Assembly (NCBI GenBank): GCA_010909165.1
Contig: MU008183.1
Location: 558,001 to 622,000 of the forward strand
Source of the DNA: Anthoceros angustus
Taxonomy: Eukaryota > Plantae > Anthocerotophyta
Length of the DNA stretch: 64,000 nt
Reading direction: 5' to 3'
Below the pieces are notes generated by a model. It made no database searches. It saw only the letters and a program-made list of their open reading frames with translations, and had not been told where the DNA came from. The stretch's first letter is position 1. Each line of letters starts with the position of its first letter. This document shows, piece after piece, positions 38,501-50,454 of this stretch. The position numbers and the translations under genes were made by a program.

Positions 38501-39055
38501 AGATGCTGTTGGACAGGAAACTCGAAAAGTTTCTCGCAAGTATCGGCTGCCACAAGCTCTTAGCGATGCAGGTACCTCTGAAAGCTTGGGGAGTTGGAGG
38601 AACTGTTGAAAAGTGAAGAACTCAGAACTGACCTGCTTGTCTCGCCTTGTCGTATTGGTTCTCTTACAGGCATCGTCTACACACATCGCAACGAGGAAGT
38701 TGTCAACTTTGGAGTGCGGCACAAACAAGCCAGCTCTGATTTTCCTGACACCTCGACATTGAATCAGGTCGAACCCTCCGAAGCCGCTCTCTCTCCCAAA
38801 GCAAGCTCTCCTGCAAGCAAGAGACACAGAGCAAACAAGGAGAACACCAGTCTCAATGTTGGGTTGCAAAAGGAGAAAACAGCCAGCATGTGTGTCCCAG
38901 TCACCTGTGTAGATCCCAGTCATCAGATCAAGAATGGGCAATTTTGTGAACTTGCAAACTTCCATGGCCTGTCTATAACAGAGTTCAGCAAATGGATGCG
39001 ATCGTGCACCGAAGAGGAGAGGGTTAAAGTGCTTGTAGATTTCCAAAATTCTTAA
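35504..39055 (+). CDS. CHR9: SNF2-family helicase, Switch 2/CHR9 (ERCC6L2-like), multi-exon
   Basis: [119 protein letters not shown]. The N-terminus MSL..WKESLK.C matches plant Switch 2. Confidence 0.92.
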
Positions 39056-39374
39056 ATCTAGCTCTGTAGTATGAAGACACAAAACATATCACGATTGAGA
39101 GGTTAGGCACTCCCGTTACATGGGAGCCTTCCACCGTTTTACACCGGGCTGGACTAGGTCCATGTTGATCTATCCCAACCTTAAACCAAAGTTGAATGTT
39201 CAAACTACCTGCCATGGTTTTCTTAAATCATATTCCAACTCCAGTTGACGTGGTGGAGAAAACAGAAGACGAGCGACTGGAGGATCCCGCACACATTCGG
39301 AGGCTGGGGAGGAGCTTTGCGCCCCGCGCAATCTAGGAGGGGCCGGTGGCCGGTGAGAGCAAGGATCAAGCAAG

Positions 39375-39974
39375 ATGACGGAGCTCACGCTGAGGAACAA
39401 GAAGGGCATGGTGAGCGTGAAGGACATGCCGGTGCTGCAGGACGGCCCGCCTCCTGGAGGATTCCCGGCTATCAGATATGCTCGCAAAATTCCGAACTCA
39501 GGGCCGACGGGGGTGACTGTGTTTCTGGTGGCGGCTGGCGTGATTAGCTGGGGATTTTATCAAGTTGGACAGGGCAACAAGGAACGCAGGTGCGTCCTCC
39601 ATCCTGTCCCCTCGACCTGCTTGCGTTCTCCTGCCACGGTTCTGTGTTCTGACATCGCAGTGGATGTAGCAGAGCTTACAAAGCCGAGAAGATTGCAGCA
39701 AGACAAGCAATTCTGCCTTTGATCCAAGCGGAAGAGGATGCCAGGTGAAGCCTCTGTGACGGGATATGTAGGTTTGTGTAGGTTTCCTTGTTTTTACTGC
39801 TCTGTTTGCGTGATGAATTACGTTGGCAGGTTTGTGAGGATGAGGAAGAGGCAGTTGAAGGAGGAGGCCAAGATCATGGCTCATGTCCCCGGCTGGAAGG
39901 TTGGAGAGAATGTGTATCACTCTGGCAGATTTATGCCTCCTGCAAATGGTAAACTCGGCGGTGAGGTATATTAG
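39375..39974 (+). CDS. NDUFA13: NADH dehydrogenase 1 alpha subcomplex subunit 13 (GRIM-19/B16.6), 3 exons
   Basis: MTE...[38 protein letters not shown]...[11 protein letters not shown]|[24 protein letters not shown]|...[20 protein letters not shown]. Confidence 0.95.
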
Positions 39975-40365
39975 CAGGGCTACGCCAATAGGATGGATCA
40001 TTTATGTTTTCCTGTCTGGAAGAAGTAGGGGAGACTGGATTACTCTGGCCGATGTCTTCTCTTAAGAGCAACTGGTGAAGTTCAAGGGCAAGGTACAACA
40101 TTGTCAGATGAAGGTTGCAGACAGGTTGAGCTTCAGTCCGAGGAGACAAACGGCTTGTCACTGTGTCTGTTGCTCCGAGTCTACCACGTGAAGCTACTGG
40201 AGACTTCCTCCTTGGTCTAGATCCATTCAGAAGATTCAGTTTTCTAGACGGGAGCCCTGTGGCTGATGGGGCAAGCGTGTTTTGTAGTGGTACCAAATGA
40301 ATTTGATGGCCGACTGTCGATAGGCCGGGTTTACGTTCTGTTTACAGCAAAGATGCTCTAATCTA

Positions 40366-43300
40366 TCAGTCTGTTACTAGCTTTCTCAGCCTCGCTCCAA
40401 ATGCTCCGTCAATTTCATCCCTGAACGGCTGTGAAGCAAAGAAGCCTTCAGGCGTGACCATCTTTTCTGGCACAAAGCCTATTGCAGATTCGACCACGAA
40501 TTCCTGCATATAAGCATAACGGTTATGCACGTTCGTCATACTCTTCATATGATTTGATTCGCAGGATTGCTCAGGTATGTCTCTGGAAATAATCAACTTA
40601 CCCTGTGCTCTTTAACAAAGCTGTTGATACGATCAGCGTTCTCCTCAGGCTCTATAGAGCAAGTGCTGTAGACCAGTAAACCTCCAGGTTTCACGATCCT
40701 GCTCAACAAACAGGCTCAGGTGATCGACAAGCTGAACAACAGAACACGGCATCGACAGATTCGAAGGGTGGTCAGTTGGGCTTACGAGGCTGCTGATTCA
40801 AGAAGCTCATCTTGCAAACTCAACAGTTCTTGAAATCCATCGAGATCTCTGTTCCACCTCAGATCTGCCCTCTGCAGAGTTATTGGCACTGTGGGCATCA
40901 GTTCTAAGCGTTGCAGACCAAATCCATCTTTCAGATTGCCGTCAAAAAAGGGTGTACAGAAGCTTACCTTACAAAGCACACCCAGGCCACTACAAGGGGC
41001 ATCCAGTAGGACCTTATCTGCTTGATCTGCAATTTTGTCCTGCATATATAAGACAGGAATCAAGATGAGCAGAGCTAGGAATGACAGCCAAAGCTTCCAT
41101 TCCAAGAGATCTGGCAACGCACTGCTCACCACATAGACTCGCAGATCACCATGGAAGGTAGAGACCACATGATCCACACCTTGTTGCACTGCTGCCTCCT
41201 TCACCAAGCGCAACCTCCCCTTGTTGACATCCACGGCTACAACCTTCCCTGCAGTATCAGTCCACATTTGGTGAGCAAATGGTTGACTATTTTTCTGACT
41301 CTGCTGGTCCATCTCAAACATTGCAAGGTCATGGTGCAGGTTTGTGATTTTACCCCTTCCTTGCAACCGAGTAGCTATAAACATGGTCTTCCCGCCTGGT
41401 GCAGCACAACAGTCGATAACCACCTCTCCAGGCTGGGGATCCAGCAGGTCTACAACAAGCCCTGCGACACACAGCACAGTAAACCTGTCAGAACAGGCTT
41501 CACCAGATTCCAACCAGTACTATGGGACCTGAGCTGGAACTTTTACCAGCACTTTCATCCTGCACTGCACAGCGTCCATCCTGAATCAGCCCCGCCTTCA
41601 GCAAGTCCTGTATATCACCACCATGACGAGTCGCTTCAATGAGAGGAAAAAACACAGTGAGCCGCAATACTTTCCCGCACCCCAGACAAAACTGGACCAA
41701 CGTAGCAAACGAGGTCGCACCTGCATACCTGAGGATACCCGAAGGAAGTCCTTCAAGAAGGCAGATTCTACGTAATCAACCTGTTCCAGCCAGGCCTGTC
41801 AGCCATGCCCTTCTAATCTCCTCACAACAACAATCCTTTTGAAGAGTCACCAACTCTCCCTTCACACCTAACCTCAAGCTCACGAAGCTTGGTACCCAGA
41901 GCTTCTCTCGACTCTCCTTTTGCAGCATTGGCCCTGCCGATCACGACACCAGCCGGAACACTCAGCACCAAAGCAGTATGACAAAACCACTTCACTGCAG
42001 GTTTCCAAAGTGCAAGACCATGAGAGGCCAGACCACCTTTCAGTAAGACTCATAAAAACCTGATAGAAAACGTGGGTCGTTCATTGTTCCACTGCATGAG
42101 CTGCACTGTTTGCTCTTCACCATAGCGTGCCAACCATCGTCTTACCATCCACTACAAGCAGGATTGACATCTCAGTTTTCTGTTTGTTCTGGTTGTCGAG
42201 AAAGGTAATACAAACGTCACAGCAGTATGAGAAAACTCATCAGACATCGACAAGACCTAAGATGTGCAAGTAGGAGCCCCATGCTCTCACCACAGGATGA
42301 GAGTGAATTGTCGACAGTGCACGTGCTCTGGCACGATCATCACCTTCCACTGCTGGAATAGGTAGCATGTTGTTATCCTGGGATTGATGTGAACAGTGTG
42401 ATAAATCCATGTAGATAACACCGGGAGAAGGAAATGTATGCCAAGAGCAATGCTGTTAGCAAGACAAACTAAACCTTATCACGAATCAGATTCCTCAGAA
42501 GGCCATTGACAAAGCTCCCGGCACCAGGCCTCAGGGCAGCCTTTGCCAGGGTCACGTTCTGTAAAAGCCATGGGAAAGCAGCGTGAGAAACACAGGTTAA
42601 GACCATTGTACTGATGGATGAGACCAATCAACTACAACCCACAAGACCTGCCTCGTTAACGACTGCATATGGTGACTCTTCCAGTTTCACAAGCTCATAT
42701 ACGCTCAAACGAAGAATCTGCACGAGAATTGACAAGTCAGGGAGATCATACAACCAAGGGTAGGAGTAGCAAGTAGTTCTGGACTAGGCAACCACCTGAC
42801 GCAGTAGTGGTTCCATGCGATCGTAGTCCCTGCTTTCCAGTTTTGCAAAGCTGAAAATGAGAAAATCAAGATACCGCTTCCATCTAGTGACCCCCGCTGC
42901 AACGTCTGTCACCTATACCCATGTGTAATCAGCAAGCGCGCTACATGCAAATTGGTAGCAGCTGATGAGATCCCACAACCAGTCACATCCGTACCCATCT
43001 CTTGTCCCGGGATTCCAGCCCAGGTGTGTAGAAACCTAACGTTCTAGCCACGTACTCCATCTCATCTTCTGGTGGAGTGTCAATGTCTCCACCCAGTACG
43101 TCTGCATACGCCCCTCCTTCCTCGATTCTCATCAATCTGACCACAGCAACTGCATGACAGGAAGGTCTGAGTCCTGTTCTTTCTGTCCACCTAGAATGTG
43201 ATGCAATTCACCATCCTCCTCGTATACCTGCTCTGCTGGGTGACACCTCGGTGTTGATCCTGGGGGAACGAACATCTCGTCTTCCATCATTCCTGTCTTT

Positions 43301-43525
43301 GCGATGTCCCATGCCATTTTGCCTTGGTGCATATCCTGGACGACTATCACCTCCTGTTCGTTGCCATTCCATGCCCATTTGGCATCGAAGTTCATTTTGC
43401 CCGACCCTGCTTCCTTCTCGGATGCAACCAAAGCTCAATGGCGAGCCCAAAACTTGACAGGAGCTGGAGGAAGAGTGCTGGCAAACAGGAATGCGGCACA
43501 ACCCATGTACAGCCACTTGCTGCAT
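40366..43525 (-). CDS. Plastid RsmB/Sun (NusB plus NOL1/NOP2) 16S rRNA m5C methyltransferase, multi-exon
   Basis: Transit-like exon ending EVSPSRA|, then [13 protein letters not shown]...[11 protein letters not shown]; [21 protein letters not shown]; [11 protein letters not shown]; [15 protein letters not shown]; RADLRW; C-terminus DGAFGARL. Confidence 0.9.
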
Positions 43526-44106
43526 TTCTTCACCTGTGCCTTATCACAGACAGACGTCAATGCTTCTTCATTTTCGGGAGGTGTTAACAATCTATCCAAC
43601 AAACGTTTGCTAATATCTGCTGCGAGGTGCAGGCTTCGTCGGGACTGTGAGAGATCAATTTTGGCTGCTCAGAATTCAGCGGCCGCCCTTGAATCTTTCT
43701 TAAACCCTACAGAGGGTTTAGAGCGAAAGGTTGAAAGGAGAGAGGAGGTGACTGAAAGACTTTCCCCAAGTCTGTCTCGATCGTGGGCGCTTGGCTTAGC
43801 TGCTGTTGCAGCAAATTGGCAGCGTGTCACGGGTAAGGAGAATGGGGGTGCTGGTGCTGCTGTCTGATCCGCAGTTTCAGCTTGCTGTTCATTTCGAGGT
43901 TGTGTGTAGTCCAAGCTAGAATCTGGTGCGATGTGCTTTCAAATTAACTCATTGGCTTCGGTGTGTCTGTGGCTAGTTTAGGGAGGGATGCATTTCCTCC
44001 TGGGCAAGTCTGCATTTGTTTTGGTGTGGTGCTGATTCAGGTCAGTTCTGTTGCAGTGTGGGAGGAAGGTAAGAGAGGAGGCATCCAGACCAGGAGAGTA
44101 GGTGCA
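43526..44106. promoter_or_regulatory. Divergent intergenic region (candidate bidirectional promoter) between the RsmB-like gene and OTP51
   Basis: About 580 bp lie between the proposed divergent start codons. No motifs were verified. Confidence 0.4.
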
Positions 44107-47100
44107 ATGAGAGTACCCAGAGGAGGGCTGCTGCTGCTGCTCTTCTCACAACCTCCTACCACGGGACTGCGTCCTGCTCTGTCGTCGACTGCTGTGGTGT
44201 CTTCCAGGTCCCTGCATTCTGCGCAACTTGTGTCGTGCAGGTCACTGCCAGGCAAGCATCTGGGCACTCCCTTCATTCATCGGGTGCAGCTTCGCAGATC
44301 TGGGTATCTCCTCTCTCAGGGATGGGATGTGCTGGAAGCTGACCGTTTGGATAGGTTGGAGAGGAGGCCTTCATCTCAGGGCATCAGCACATCAGCTGTG
44401 CGTGTGACCAATGCTGAGTCCAGCACTGAAGATTTGAGGAAGAAGAAATGGGAAGCGGACAGGGAGGCGGAGAAGGCTGAGATTCAGAAGGGGAAGAGAA
44501 TATGGCTACCTAATGGGAAGCTTGTGTATGAAAGCCAGGACAGAGAGAGTTTTCGCAGGAGAGATGATGGTGGTAGCCAAGGAAGGGATGGGTCCATGGA
44601 AGGTAGGGGAGGCCGAGGAGGTTTCAGAGGAAGGGGAGGCGAAAGGGGCAGGGGAAGAGGAGGAGGAACGAGGGGAGGTAGGGGTAGAGGAGGAGGAAGT
44701 TTCTCGGGAGAGGCAAGGTGGGGAAGTGGTGGGGAAGGCAGAGCAGCATCTGTTTATCCTGAAGGATTTGAGCAAAGGTCTAGGGCTGGTAGGGATGAAG
44801 CTGATGAAGATTATAATGGTCGGAGCTCTGGTTTTAGTGGCAGAGGTTCGGGCAGCTCGGGAAGGTTTGGCAGGGGTGGGTCCAGCAGAGGTGCCTTTGG
44901 CAGGGGATCGTCCAGCAGGGGAGGATTTAGCAGCCGTGGTGGCCCAGGTCGGGGTGGATTTAGCAGGGGAAGGGGTGGCCGTGGTGGGTCAAGCAGAGGT
45001 GGCTTTGTCTCACGGTCAGGTGTTGGAGAAGGCTCGGATTCTCGATATGAGGAAGGTGATGGTGAAAGGATTCGAGGAGGCCCATTCGATGGAGGCCGAT
45101 TTAGCAGCCGTGGTGGCCTGGGTCGAGGTGGATTCAGCAGGGGAAGGGGTGGCCGTGGTGGATCAAGCAGAGGTGGCTTTGTCTCACGGCTAGATGATGG
45201 AGAAGGCTTGGAGTCTCGATATCAGGAAGGTGATGATCACAGGGTTCAAGGAAGCCGATTTGAAGGTGGCAGAGGTAGGTTAGATGGTGGCCGTGGGAGG
45301 GGAAGAGGGATGGCTGACAGAGGAAGGGGAAGCTTTTCCAGAGGGAGGGCTAGTGATGACCTGGCCGACAGGTTCGAAGGGTCAAGTGGATTTGATAGAA
45401 GCAGTCAGCTAGAAGGTAGAGGTAGAGGTCGAGGAAGGGGCCGAGGAAGAGGAAGAGATGAACGTCCGGAACCTACGTTTGGTTTTGAAGATTCAGCAGC
45501 TGACTGGGACGATACGGAGGTGTTGAAGGATGAGGATGGTGAAGGCTCCTTGGCTAGGACATTTTCTAGAGCTGAATCAGCTGGAAAAGAACCACTTTCA
45601 CATGAGCTTGATGGGAAAGATAGTGAGTTTGATGGCGAGAACAGTGAGCTTGATGATGATGAAGATGATGACGAAGATGATGAGGAAGAAGATGACTCTC
45701 TGGAGGGTTCCACTAAGCTGAAAAGAGCAGCTGGAGAAAAGAAGTGGCAGTTCATGGTGAGGAAGAGGCAAGCTGAGGCACAGCTGGCTGATGACCTTGA
45801 TGAAAAAGAGGATGTCCTGGAGGATGATAGTGAGGCCTACAGGCGGAGGAAAGTGGGCTGGCTATGCAAAGAAATTCCTGCACTGAATCCTCGAGAGATA
45901 ATCTCGATTCTCAATGCTCAAAAGCGGTGGATTCGTGCAACTGACACGAAGCAGGTCATTGAGCACCTATTGCGAATAGACAACTCTATTCGAGCTTACA
46001 GGGTACGTCCTCCTTGACTGGTTCATGTGTGGTTGGCAAAGTATGGTACAGTTTTCCTTGAACTGTCTGAGAAGGCATTGCTGTGTATCTTATCATTTTC
46101 TTGGTGTGCAGGTTCTGAAGTGGATGACCGGGCAGCCATGGTATGAGTTGGATCTTGAGTTGCATACAAAGATGGCAAACACACTATGTCGAGGTGAAAC
46201 ACCAAGAAGAGCACGTGACCTATATGACCAGATAATCGACGCCGGGAAAGTTCCAGACTCGTCAACCTTTGTGGCACTGACAAACAGGTATATCGAGGAA
46301 AAACTGGCGCCTGCCATTGAAGAAGCTTGGACTATCTTCAATCGGATGAAGCAGCTGGGAGGATACGACCCTCCCCCTTCGTTGCAGTATGCACTGTTTG
46401 ATGCTCTTTTGAATAAGTCTGTAGGAACTCCTGTATTTGGAGAAAGGGCTGACTCCTTGTTTGAGAACCTCAAGGTGGCAGGTATCAAGCGCAGTAAGGA
46501 AATGTTCGAGTCACTGATGAACTATCATTCCAGACAGGGAAATCTAGCCAGGGTTGCTGCTTTGGTTCAGGACATGACTAGTGAGGGAATGGAGCCTGGA
46601 CAGAATATTTTCTCCACCATGTTGGACATCAGTGCCAGGGAGGGATCTCCTGAGAAAGCACAAAAAGCATTTAATGAGCTTGTGGAAGCTGGGTTCAAGG
46701 CAGATGTTTTTGCCTACATCTCCTTGATCACAGCGTATGGAAAGGCCGGTCGTCACGCAGAAGCCATGGAAAAATTTGCTGCTATGGAGGCTGCTGGTGT
46801 ATCGCCGAATGCACGGGCTCTGGAAACCATGGTCAAGATAATGGCTATGGATGGTGAGCGAGGAACAGCGGAGAAGTATCTTGAGAAGCTAGAGTCCACA
46901 GGTGCCTCTCCTTCACCATCTACGTACAACTCCATGTTGCAGATGTATGTTGCGAAGGAGTTGCCTGAGGAGGTTGACAGGTTCTTCAAACATATGTCAG
47001 ACAAGGGCTGTCGCTATGACCAGCAGACTTATGTGATTCTCATTGAGCACTACATAGCTCAGGGTTCACTCACACAAGCTGAGGCTATGTATGAGCAGAT

Positions 47101-48115
47101 GCGGAGTGCAGTTCAGCCTACTCAGACTGCCTACGGCCTTATGCTTGAGGCTTACGGAAAAGCAGGTGAAACAGACAAGCTCAAGGAGCTGTTTGAGCAT
47201 CCTTCCTCCAGTCGCTTTTTTGTGCCTGAGGAATGCAAGAAGTTCTTGATCAAGGCTGTTGGCCGAAAACAGGTGGAAGAGAAAGCACTGTCAAAGGTGA
47301 CTCTTGATTCAACACAACGCACAATACTCATGGGTGTGCTTCTGGGTGGGGCTAAGATGGCAACACCGGACAGGGATCGAACCTACTCGTTCCGCTTTGA
47401 GCTGGATCCTTTTAGGCCAGGAGGCTCACTAGTGATTGACCATCTGTATGAACTGTTTGCAGATTGGGTAGTTGGCCCCCCTGAATTGGTGGCACTTGAA
47501 CCAGACCAGGAAGTCAATGCTAATGCAGCAACAAAGCAGCTGTCGACTATCAGCCATGGCTCCTTTCGTTTCTTCTATCACCAGTTTAGACCCAATGACA
47601 CTCCAGCAATTCCCAGGCTCATCCATAGGTGGCTGAGCCCTCAGTGCCTTGCCTATTGGTACATGTATGGGGGTCACAGATGTGATGAAACTGGAGGTAT
47701 TATCTTCAACATACCCGGCTATTCCAACAAAGAGGTGATGCTCGTCGTGAAGGCCCTCAAAACACGTGCCATAGACTGCGAGAGCAAGGAAAGCGAGGGC
47801 AAACATGAGCTGCGGTTTAGGGGTCAGTCTGCGGTATGGTTGTGGAAGCTGATGGAACCACACATTTTGGACTCACTGAAGGATGTTCTCAGACCTGATC
47901 CTAAGCCCGAAACTGACAGTCCCCAAGATCAGCCGAACAGGGAACAGCCTGAACCCGACTTCAGCGAGGTTGAATCAAGTCAAAGGCTCAATGAGTCTGT
48001 GACGCCATCAGAAGATGGTAAGGACTGGCAAGTTGTTGCAGACGCCCTCCACAAGGAGCGGATGGCTCGCAGGAATGCTGCATTGCAAGTAGAAGCCAAG
48101 AGCAGCCCTAAGTGA
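44107..48115 (+). CDS. OTP51: PPR-LAGLIDADG organellar splicing factor with an added RGG-rich N-terminal region (exons 44107-46002 and 46112-48115)
   Basis: KVGWLCKEIP...ILNAQKRWI; a phase-0 GT-AG intron; P-type PPR repeats; C-terminal LAGLIDADG-like LDSTQRTILMGVLLGG and IPRLIHRWLSPQCLAYWYMYGG. The start Met is approximate. Confidence 0.9.
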
Positions 48116-48187
48116 GCTCCGTTTTGTAGCTCTGTTATTGGCACCTCTAAGCTGCCTGTTTTCTACAGGACGAGAGTTCATCCTGGG

Positions 48188-49850
48188 ACCCAATGTGGCG
48201 GACTTGGTAGGCGTGGCCCAATATGCCAACACACCCACAAAATTTTCCCTCTAACCACACACCCCTGATTGCGCACATTAGCTGTGTGTTTGTCTCAAAC
48301 AGGAGGTTGACTTGACTGGGCACCCAGAAGCCATGACAGTCCTGGATTCCTACCTTGGAGTCCTGTTATCTAACATTTTTACGAAGCAGGAAGTCAGCAC
48401 AAACATGATGCGGGCATGGTTGCAACTTGCTTGTGCTGGCATTGCACGTTCAGAACGCAACATTTCTGGCTGGAGATTCTTTTACTGCCTAGTCACTGGA
48501 CTGGCCCAGTCCTTCGGAACGTTCTTTTTAAGTGTGATTCAAGAAATGATAATCTAAGCAAAGGTCCTGACGGAAAGAGCTCGTCCAGCCAGTTGGCCAA
48601 GTCCCGAATGCTGTCGGTGCCAACATGCGGCAGCAGCCAAACGTTTCAGACGTCTCAGACGTCAGGCGTGACCCAGCACTTGGGAAATAATTCGACGGTG
48701 GAGGCTGAAAATATTTTTTGCTTAAAAATAAATTCTAAAGATTTTTTTAATATAAGAAAGTGTGATGAAGACTCTTTTCAAAATAGTTAAGAGGCCTAAA
48801 GCCATTCTTCTTTAGCAAAGAAAGGGGGCACCTCATTTTCCCATGCGATCAAGCAAAACTATTCCCATTATCGAAAGATACAAACATCAATATGGCTTGC
48901 AAACATATGCATCAATTTTCTTATCCGTCCATAGTTTCATGGCATTGTCGAATAGTTCAAAATCCTCGTTCTCCTTGCAGTCTTCAATGTGAAGTGTCAT
49001 AATACTTGAAGATGTCTTCAATGTGAAGTGTCATAGTACTTGAAGATGTTCGATATGTGAAGTGTCATAATACTTGGAGATGTTTGATATGTAAACTATT
49101 GCGATGTTGTTTGTTGATCGGATTTTGAGCACTAAACCCACTTTTACAACAAGCCGTATTGGTGCATTGAACTACCATTATTTTAGAAATTATTTTAATT
49201 TTGGCTATTACTGCATAAACGTATTTTTTTGTGAAAACGTTTGCATGGTTTGTTCCGGCCATTCCTTCCTAGCCATGGTCCTAAACCCATAAAACTCAAT
49301 GCCTTGTGTCTTCCGCATTTATAATCACTGGAATTTTATACTGCCTGCTTTTCCTGGTATCCCATAGAGACACAATGTGAGAGACTTGATTGGCATGGCC
49401 CGAAATGCCAACACACCCACAAAATCTTCCCTCTAACCACACACCCGATTGAGCACATCCGATATACATAAGTGTGTTTGTCTTGAGAAAGCAGGTTGGC
49501 ATGACTGAACACCGAGAATCCATGACTACACTGGATTCTTTACTTTGGTGTTCCCTTATCTAACAATTGCAGTAAGCAGGAATCCCGCTGAGATTTGATG
49601 CGGCATGGATGCTTGTGCTGGCATTGCGCATTGCACGTGCAGAACGCAGCATTTCTGGCTGGAGGTTCTTTTCCTGCTTTTGGCTGGATTTTTATTCGTG
49701 CATACTGTGGCTATGGCAGAGATGTTATAGCATGACCCGGTCCCTCAGAAACCTTCATCTTCACATGTCACTGAAGAATTGATATTTGAGGTAAAGGTGC
49801 AGCCAGTTGGCAAAGTCCCGAATGCTGTCGGTGCCAATACGCGGCGACGA
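48188..49850. repeat. Diverged direct duplication (about 48188-48650 versus about 49368-49850; offset about 1.2 kb)
   Basis: Shared blocks ATGCCAACACACCCACAAAAT.TTCCCTCTAACCACACACCC, CAGAACGCA.CATTTCTGGCTGGAG.TTCTTT and GCCAGTTGGC.AAGTCCCGAATGCTGTCGGTGCCAA occur in the same order. Confidence 0.85.
48980..49092. repeat. 34-bp minisatellite, about 3.3 copies
   Basis: GTCTTCAATGTGAAGTGTCATAATACTTGAAGAT units start at 48980, 49014, 49048 and 49082 (partial). Confidence 0.9.
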
Positions 49851-50454
49851 CATTCGCCAATTCGCCATTTTCCGCACGAAAGGTTCAATGTCGCACATCC
49901 ACGTCGGCACGACGTCTGTTCCTACGGAAGCGCCATGTTCGCTGTCAGCCTTCCATGGCCAGATCTATGTCCCGCGCGTGCTGGAGTGCAGTCGTGCCAG
50001 CCTCATCAGGTCACGCTCGTCGCGGATACCGCTCTCTCCAGCAGCATGCATATGCTGTTGGGACTCTTTCATGAGGCAGCTCTAGATTGAAGAATCCTCG
50101 TTGCTGATATGCCTATTGTGAAGTAGTCTCTGTGTACCATGATCTCTGTTTAGGCAATGCGAGGTGACTAAATCGCTCATATTCGGAGGCTTGTGGGAAC
50201 TGCTCACTTTGCGACTTTTGGACTGATGAAATGGCAGACCTGGATGAAATGCATGCACTTGTGATATCGGAAGGTGTTTGTTTGTGATGAGTTCTGGATC
50301 CTATGATGCAAGAGTCCTCATATTGGACTCCCCGAAATGGTCACTGACCTCGTTGTGGCAGGTGAAGAGCGGGGTAACAATATGACTTTGCCGTGGATTC
50401 AAGTTTGAAGGCTTGTCATTCAGCTCCGTGAGCTTTAGGAGGAAGTTCAGCGCC

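Noticed and set aside
48980-49092. 34-bp repeat array as CRISPR (likewise the 41-bp array at 59571-59860 and the 62-bp array at 60555-60725)
   Set aside because: The units are contiguous with no unique spacers, there are no cas genes, and the context is eukaryotic. These are minisatellites.
50221-50260. Hammerhead ribozyme core (CTGATGA...GAAA)
   Set aside because: No complementary stem II or flanking stems could be formed.
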